64,000 bases of DNA from an uncultured bacterium (GTDB lineage Bacteria > Omnitrophota > Omnitrophia > Omnitrophales > Aquincolibacteriaceae), in assembly GCA_964482725.1 (NCBI GenBank), contig CAYZYT010000002.1, forward strand, positions 5,591 through 69,590. Reading direction: 5' to 3'. How positions within the stretch are numbered: the first letter of the stretch is position 1; every line of letters begins with the position of its first letter. The position numbers and the translations under genes were made by a program. Of this stretch, positions 60,122 to 64,000 are shown in pieces. The notes below the pieces were generated by a model. The model did not search any database, was not told the origin of the DNA, and worked only from the letters and a program-made list of their open reading frames with translations.

Positions 60122-60155
60122 CGTTTCGTACTACCTAAAAGATCCTGAAAAAAGA

Positions 60156-60161
60156 TATAAT
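60156..60161 (+). promoter_or_regulatory. Possible -10 box (TATAAT), potential leaderless promoter of the membrane gene
   Basis: Perfect TATAAT 7 nt before ATG 60169, with an A-rich upstream stretch but no clear -35. Confidence 0.35.
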
Positions 60162-60168
60162 AGGACCC

Positions 60169-60750
60169 ATGACTCATCCAAACTCTGAACGATCAAACCA
60201 ACCTCTCGCCTCATCCTCCGAAGGGGTTCGAAAATCAACCCCTGTTGAGGCCTCTTCGTGGGCCAAGACGACGGTGGTCGTGATAGGTTCATTGCTTGTT
60301 CTCTCATCGATTTGGCAGATGCTTATATTCCTTAATTATGCGCACTACCAGTATGTGTTCCGGGAGTATTCCGAAGAGATCATTCAATTCCGGTATCTTT
60401 TGTCCTTGGGCTCTCGATGCCTGGGGATGGTGATTGGCCTTGGCATCCTGCTTCGCAAAGAAAATTTCCGGAAAGCCGCCATCGTTCTGATGGTTGCAAC
60501 GATTGCCCTCATGGTGTTTAAGCATCCTTTTTCGGCGGCGCTGCAGCTTAATCGCCAATATATTAATGCGTTAGATGCGATTTTCAAAACGGCGCCTTTC
60601 AATGCCGATATTCTTATGAGTTTTTTTCATTCGATAGAAAGACCCCTGGCATACTTAGTGATCATTACCGTGATTCTTGTGGACGATCTATGCGCGCTTT
60701 TGATCATATTCTTTTTGACACGACCTTCGGTTAGGGCTGTTTTTCGCTAG
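60169..60750 (+). CDS. Hypothetical membrane protein (about 4 TM helices)
   Basis: 193 aa ORF with four hydrophobic segments, starting 47 bp after the giant gene stop on the same strand. Confidence 0.8.
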   Translation: MTHPNSERSNQPLASSSEGVRKSTPVEASSWAKTTVVVIGSLLVLSSIWQMLIFLNYAHYQYVFREYSEEIIQFRYLLSLGSRCLGMVIGLGILLRKENFRKAAIVLMVATIALMVFKHPFSAALQLNRQYINALDAIFKTAPFNADILMSFFHSIERPLAYLVIITVILVDDLCALLIIFFLTRPSVRAVFR

Positions 60751-60838
60751 GTCGTTTTTTTTCTCTCTGCTTCTCGGTCCCTTGTCGTGCGCCCGCTCAC
60801 CTGTACACATTAAATCAATTCCAAATAATCTACGTCGG

Positions 60839-60868
60839 GGGGTTCTCGAAAGTAGGTTTTAGAACCCC
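60839..60868. terminator. Hairpin in the convergent intergenic region, possible terminator
   Basis: GGGGTTCT (60839-60846) and AGAACCCC (60861-60868) form an inverted repeat. No clear U-tract. Confidence 0.3.
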
Positions 60869-61292
60869 AGCGAGCTCGTTTAAAACCCCGTTGCGACGTC
60901 AAAAAGGCCGTTTTAAAGGCTTTCTGGGGAGGATTCGAGGATTGGGGGCTGTCCATGGGTTGGGGCCATTTTAGGCCAAAATCAGCAGGGAGGGGGTATG
61001 TCCGTGGGTGGATAGGCGTCCTCCGCCTGACGAGAAGAATGCTATGAAAAACGTCGGAGAGTCGAAGCTGCCGCTGGTTGTTGGAGACGACTCGACCGGA
61101 CAAAGAATGTCGAAGCTATCATTAATCCCTCGCAGGAAGGCACCCGTAAAACCGAAGGAGATTTGAAGGAGTCGTTCGTCGCGATCAGTCTTAGCGTTAT
61201 AGGGAGAAGCGCCTTAACGACGTGGACTTAATCAAAACCAAAGCATTTTTGCCAGAGATTTGTATAGGAAGGATCTTCGCCCTAGGATTCCT

Positions 61293-61320
61293 GAGTCCTA
61301 TAATGTATCTTATGTAAAGT
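61293..61320 (+). other. dif: dif-like XerCD recombination site (chromosome dimer resolution)
   Basis: GAGTCCTATAA-TGTATC-TTATGTAAAGT has 11-6-11 geometry. The right arm is one mismatch from the Bacillus arm TTATGTAAACT, and the spacer is one mismatch from E. coli TGTATA. It is intergenic and lies between convergent genes. Confidence 0.8.
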
Positions 61321-61374
61321 AGTCTATGGGGGCTCAAATTTCAATAAAGGGGTCTCTAAGGGCGAGCGCTGTGG

Positions 61375-61821
61375 CTATTTAAGGCGCGCCTTAACGGCTT
61401 CCTGGACACGCTTGCCGTCGGCTTTACCCTGAATGGTCGGCATAAGGACTTTCATAAGCTTTCCCATATCGGCGGAACTTTGGGCGCCCGACACAGCAAT
61501 AGCGCTTTGAACCGCTACCCCGAGCTCCTCATCCGTCAACTGCTTCGGCAAATAAGCCTCAAGGATCGCCAGCTCAATTTTCTCTTTATCCGCAAGATCG
61601 TTACGGCCCGCTTTCTCAAAACTGTCCATGCTTTCCCGGCGCTGCTTGGCCTGCTTCGTAATGATTCCAAGAACCTCGGCGTCCTCAGCCTTGTCCTTTT
61701 TGATCTGGATCAGATAGTTCCCAAGGGCGCTTTTGAGCATCCGCAAGGTCGAAACCTTGACAGCCTCCTTAGCCTTCATTGCCGTAATAACATCTTTTTC
61801 GATCTGTTCCGCGAGGCTCAT
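61375..61821 (-). CDS. yqeY: GatB/YqeY domain-containing protein
   Basis: MSLxxxIxxDxxxAMKAK...LRMLKS...KQRRES...AGRxDL...YLPKQL...DMGKLM...GKADGK is the YqeY pattern. SD-like AGGAGA lies upstream. Confidence 0.93.
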   Translation of the reverse strand: MSLAEQIEKDVITAMKAKEAVKVSTLRMLKSALGNYLIQIKKDKAEDAEVLGIITKQAKQRRESMDSFEKAGRNDLADKEKIELAILEAYLPKQLTDEELGVAVQSAIAVSGAQSSADMGKLMKVLMPTIQGKADGKRVQEAVKARLK

Positions 61822-61830
61822 CAGATATAT

Positions 61831-61836
61831 TCTCCT
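61831..61836 (-). promoter_or_regulatory. Shine-Dalgarno site of yqeY
   Basis: TCTCCT on + reads AGGAGA on -, 9 nt from the ATG at 61821. Confidence 0.7.
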
Positions 61837-61900
61837 TTGTGAATTATCGAGAATCGCACTGTCTTTACGTTTTGTAAAATCTCTTTATGCCCTAGCTGAA

Positions 61901-61966
61901 GTGTCAACGTGTCGAGGTGTCAGAGTGCCACTGCTTTGATACTTTGATACGCTGACACCATGACAC
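61901..61966. repeat. Palindromic array of 8-bp-period hexamers (4x GTGTCA-like, then 4x TGACAC-like)
   Basis: GTGTCA 61901, GTGTCG 61909, GTGTCA 61917, GTGCCA 61925; then TGATAC 61937, TGATAC 61945, TGACAC 61953, TGACAC 61961. Symmetric about 61933.5. Confidence 0.8.
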
Positions 61967-61975
61967 GTATTTTAA

Positions 61976-63949
61976 CTACCAGTCTTTTTCAACCGGAGCT
62001 GGGTTTTTATTGACCGGTGGGCGACGAAGATCCTGAAGCTCTTTCTCGGACTCCTTCATGGCATCCAGAAGGTTCAGGGCATTCTCCATGCTCATTTGGC
62101 CCTGGAGCGGACGTTTTTGCTGGCCCGGACGCTCATCTTGCTCGCTTTTCTGAGGCTCCTGCTTCTGCTGTTGCTCTTCCTGTTCCTTTTGCTGCTGATC
62201 CTTCTTTTGTTGCTCTTCTTGCTTTTCTTTTTCCTTTCGCTCCTGCTCCTTCTTCTGCGCGTCTTGATCTTTCTGATCCTGGGGCTTGGGTTGCTGCTGA
62301 TCTTTATCTTGCTGATCTTCAGGCTTGGGCTGTGGCTGATCTTTGTTCTGCTGGTCTTGGGGGTCCTGATCCTTCGGATCTTTTCCTTGCTGTCCCTGGT
62401 CCTTTTTGTCCTGCTGGCCCTGGCTCTGGTTCTGCTGCTGCTCTTTCTTATCTTTTTGCTGGTCTTTCTTTTGCTCTTCCTTTTTCTGATCGTCCTTCTT
62501 TTGCTCCTGGTCTTTTTTATCCATTTTATTCTTCTGCTTTTGCAGGAACTCGAGATTGTACTTCGCATCTTTGTCGGAAGGATCAAGCGCTAGCGCCTTC
62601 TTGTAAGAATCGATCGCCTCCTCGAAATTCCCGAGTCGGTACTGGACGTTCCCATTATTGTAGAGCGCGCGGGCTTTCAGCAGCGGGTCCTGAGCTTTTT
62701 TAGAGGCAGCCTCGAGATCCTGAGCGGATTCTTGAAGCGAATCGACTTTGTAAAGGGCTGTCCCAAGATCATAAAGGACCTCCGGGGAGTCTGGATTTTT
62801 CACCTGCACCTTGCGGTAGGCCTCCAAGGCGGATTGATAACGTTTGTTTTGAAAATGCTCGTTCCCTTTCTTGACCGTTCCCTGCGAAGTTTCAAAAAAT
62901 CCTGTAAAAAGGAAAAAGGCGGCGAGGCAGGCGAACAGGGCCCCATTTTTTTTATTTTTCCGGCGGATGAGCATTTCGGCGGCCAGAAAGATCAGCGCGA
63001 GGATGAGGAACGCCTGGTATTGGTCTTCACGCTCCACGACCATTTTTTCAGAAAATTGCTGCTCTCCCCAACCGCGAAGATGTTTTAAGATGATCTCGAC
63101 CTCTTTTTCACCCGGCGTCGCGGGAAGATAAATGCCGCCGGTTTCTTTAGCAAGTCGCTCTAAAAGCGGCTGGTTGAGCCGGGTGAGCACCATTTGCCCG
63201 CTACGGTCCTTTTTGAACCCCGAGCGCTCCCCTTTTTCGTTCTTAAGGGGGATGGGCTCCCCTTCCGCGGTCCCAAGGCCAATGCAATAGATCCTGACAT
63301 TCGCCTGCTTGGCCTCTTCGATCGTTTTTTCAATGCCGCCTTCATGGTCTTCCCCGTCCGTAAATAGCACCAAGGCCTTGTATTTGAGCTCTTTTTGAGG
63401 GAAAGCGCGAATGGCCAAATGGATTGCTTGAACAAGCGAGGTTCCGGGATCTGGAAGAAATCCCACTTGGACCGCATCCAGAAATAGAAGAAATGCCGCA
63501 TGATCCAGCGTCAGAGGCGTTTGAAGGAATCCGGAACCTGCGAAGGTGACCATCCCGATCCGGTCGCCCCGGAGATTGCGAATGAAGGTCTCTATCTCAA
63601 ATTTTGCTTTTTCGATACGATTAGGCTTGATGTCCTCGGCAAGCATGCTGAGCGATGTATCGACCATGAAGATGATGTCCACGCCCTTGCGCTGGGCCGT
63701 TCGTTTTTCGTCTCCCCACTGTGGCCGTGCGAGCGCGAGCACAAAACAAAAAACGGCAAGCGTCATGAGGATCGCGCGGATCAGCCATTCCCCTTTCCGG
63801 TAGCCCTCGACCAATTTTGAAAGCAGCGCTTCGTCCTGGACCAAGCGATGAACCCGTTTCTCCCAGAGCTTGCGTGAAAAAACATAGAACGCAAAGACCG
63901 CCGGAACCAGCCAAAGATAAAGAAAATATTCAGGTCGAAAAAATTGCAT
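61976..63949 (-). CDS. batB: BatB/BatC-like fusion: N-terminal TM, VWA domain, TM, TPR repeats, Gln/Lys/Asp-rich tail
   Basis: ALARPQWG, MIDAS DTSLS, D(I)KPNRIEKAK, TDGED, TPR motifs (ALYNNGNVQYRLGNFEEAIDSYKKAL...DAKYNLE) and the terminal KDW typical of BatC-like proteins. Confidence 0.88.
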   Translation of the reverse strand: MQFFRPEYFLYLWLVPAVFAFYVFSRKLWEKRVHRLVQDEALLSKLVEGYRKGEWLIRAILMTLAVFCFVLALARPQWGDEKRTAQRKGVDIIFMVDTSLSMLAEDIKPNRIEKAKFEIETFIRNLRGDRIGMVTFAGSGFLQTPLTLDHAAFLLFLDAVQVGFLPDPGTSLVQAIHLAIRAFPQKELKYKALVLFTDGEDHEGGIEKTIEEAKQANVRIYCIGLGTAEGEPIPLKNEKGERSGFKKDRSGQMVLTRLNQPLLERLAKETGGIYLPATPGEKEVEIILKHLRGWGEQQFSEKMVVEREDQYQAFLILALIFLAAEMLIRRKNKKNGALFACLAAFFLFTGFFETSQGTVKKGNEHFQNKRYQSALEAYRKVQVKNPDSPEVLYDLGTALYKVDSLQESAQDLEAASKKAQDPLLKARALYNNGNVQYRLGNFEEAIDSYKKALALDPSDKDAKYNLEFLQKQKNKMDKKDQEQKKDDQKKEEQKKDQQKDKKEQQQNQSQGQQDKKDQGQQGKDPKDQDPQDQQNKDQPQPKPEDQQDKDQQQPKPQDQKDQDAQKKEQERKEKEKQEEQQKKDQQQKEQEEQQQKQEPQKSEQDERPGQQKRPLQGQMSMENALNLLDAMKESEKELQDLRRPPVNKNPAPVEKDW

Positions 63950-64000
63950 CAGGGCACCTGATTTTCTATTAAAAAATAAATCGGGAAATCAGTGTTGTCC
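63949..64000 (-). CDS. Possible 3' end of an upstream gene, translationally coupled to batB
   Basis: A minus-strand frame ...DNTDFPIYFLIENQVP* ends in a TGA that overlaps the batB ATG (TGATG). Only 17 codons are visible. Confidence 0.3.
   Translation of the reverse strand, partial: DNTDFPIYFLIENQVP

Noticed and set aside
342-59980. Many short ORFs overlapping the giant gene on both strands, some 300-490 aa on the minus strand
   Set aside because: Shadow ORFs of a long, codon-biased CDS. They show no protein motifs and recur with the tandem period.
60985-60997. KOPS motif next to dif
   Set aside because: GGGAGGGG does not match GGGNAGGG, and the FtsK-orienting motif of this lineage is unknown.
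60810-61103. 97-aa minus-strand ORF in the intergenic gap
   Set aside because: Non-ATG start, no recognisable motif and atypical composition.
61879-61907. Sigma70 promoter for yqeY (TTGACA on the minus strand at 61907-61902)
   Set aside because: No acceptable -10 at 16-18 bp spacing, and the hexamer is part of the palindromic array.
62017-62703. Leu-rich + strand ORFs resembling membrane proteins
   Set aside because: They are the antisense mirror of the Gln/Lys/Asp-rich tail of the BatB/C gene.
1-64000. tRNA, rRNA, integrase, reverse transcriptase or intein
   Set aside because: No such signatures seen by eye; not excluded computationally.

Overview
About 94% of this window is the 3' part of one giant + strand gene. 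The frame is open from position 2, so the true start lies upstream of the window and the protein exceeds 20,000 aa; it stops at 60121. N- to C-terminal layout: about 6,700 aa of an unnamed Trp/Tyr-rich repeat family (including a near-identical 549-bp tandem array), a second repeat family, a block of nested sugar-binding-type domains (F5/8C, CBM60-like, ConA/LamG-like), YD/RHS-like repeats, a coiled coil, hydrophobic cluster 1, a long beta-rich region, hydrophobic cluster 2, a SecA-like SF2 ATPase, an HExxH zincin, an M20/M28-type peptidase, a second HExxH motif and a terminal -AA. Downstream are a small 4-TM membrane gene, a 28-bp XerCD dif-like site (61293-61320) where gene orientation flips, yqeY, an 8-bp-period palindromic array and a BatB/BatC-like VWA-TPR gene. 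The architecture recalls giant proteins reported from putatively predatory Omnitrophota, but that lineage assignment is inference only. All domain calls come from motifs read by eye; no searches were run.
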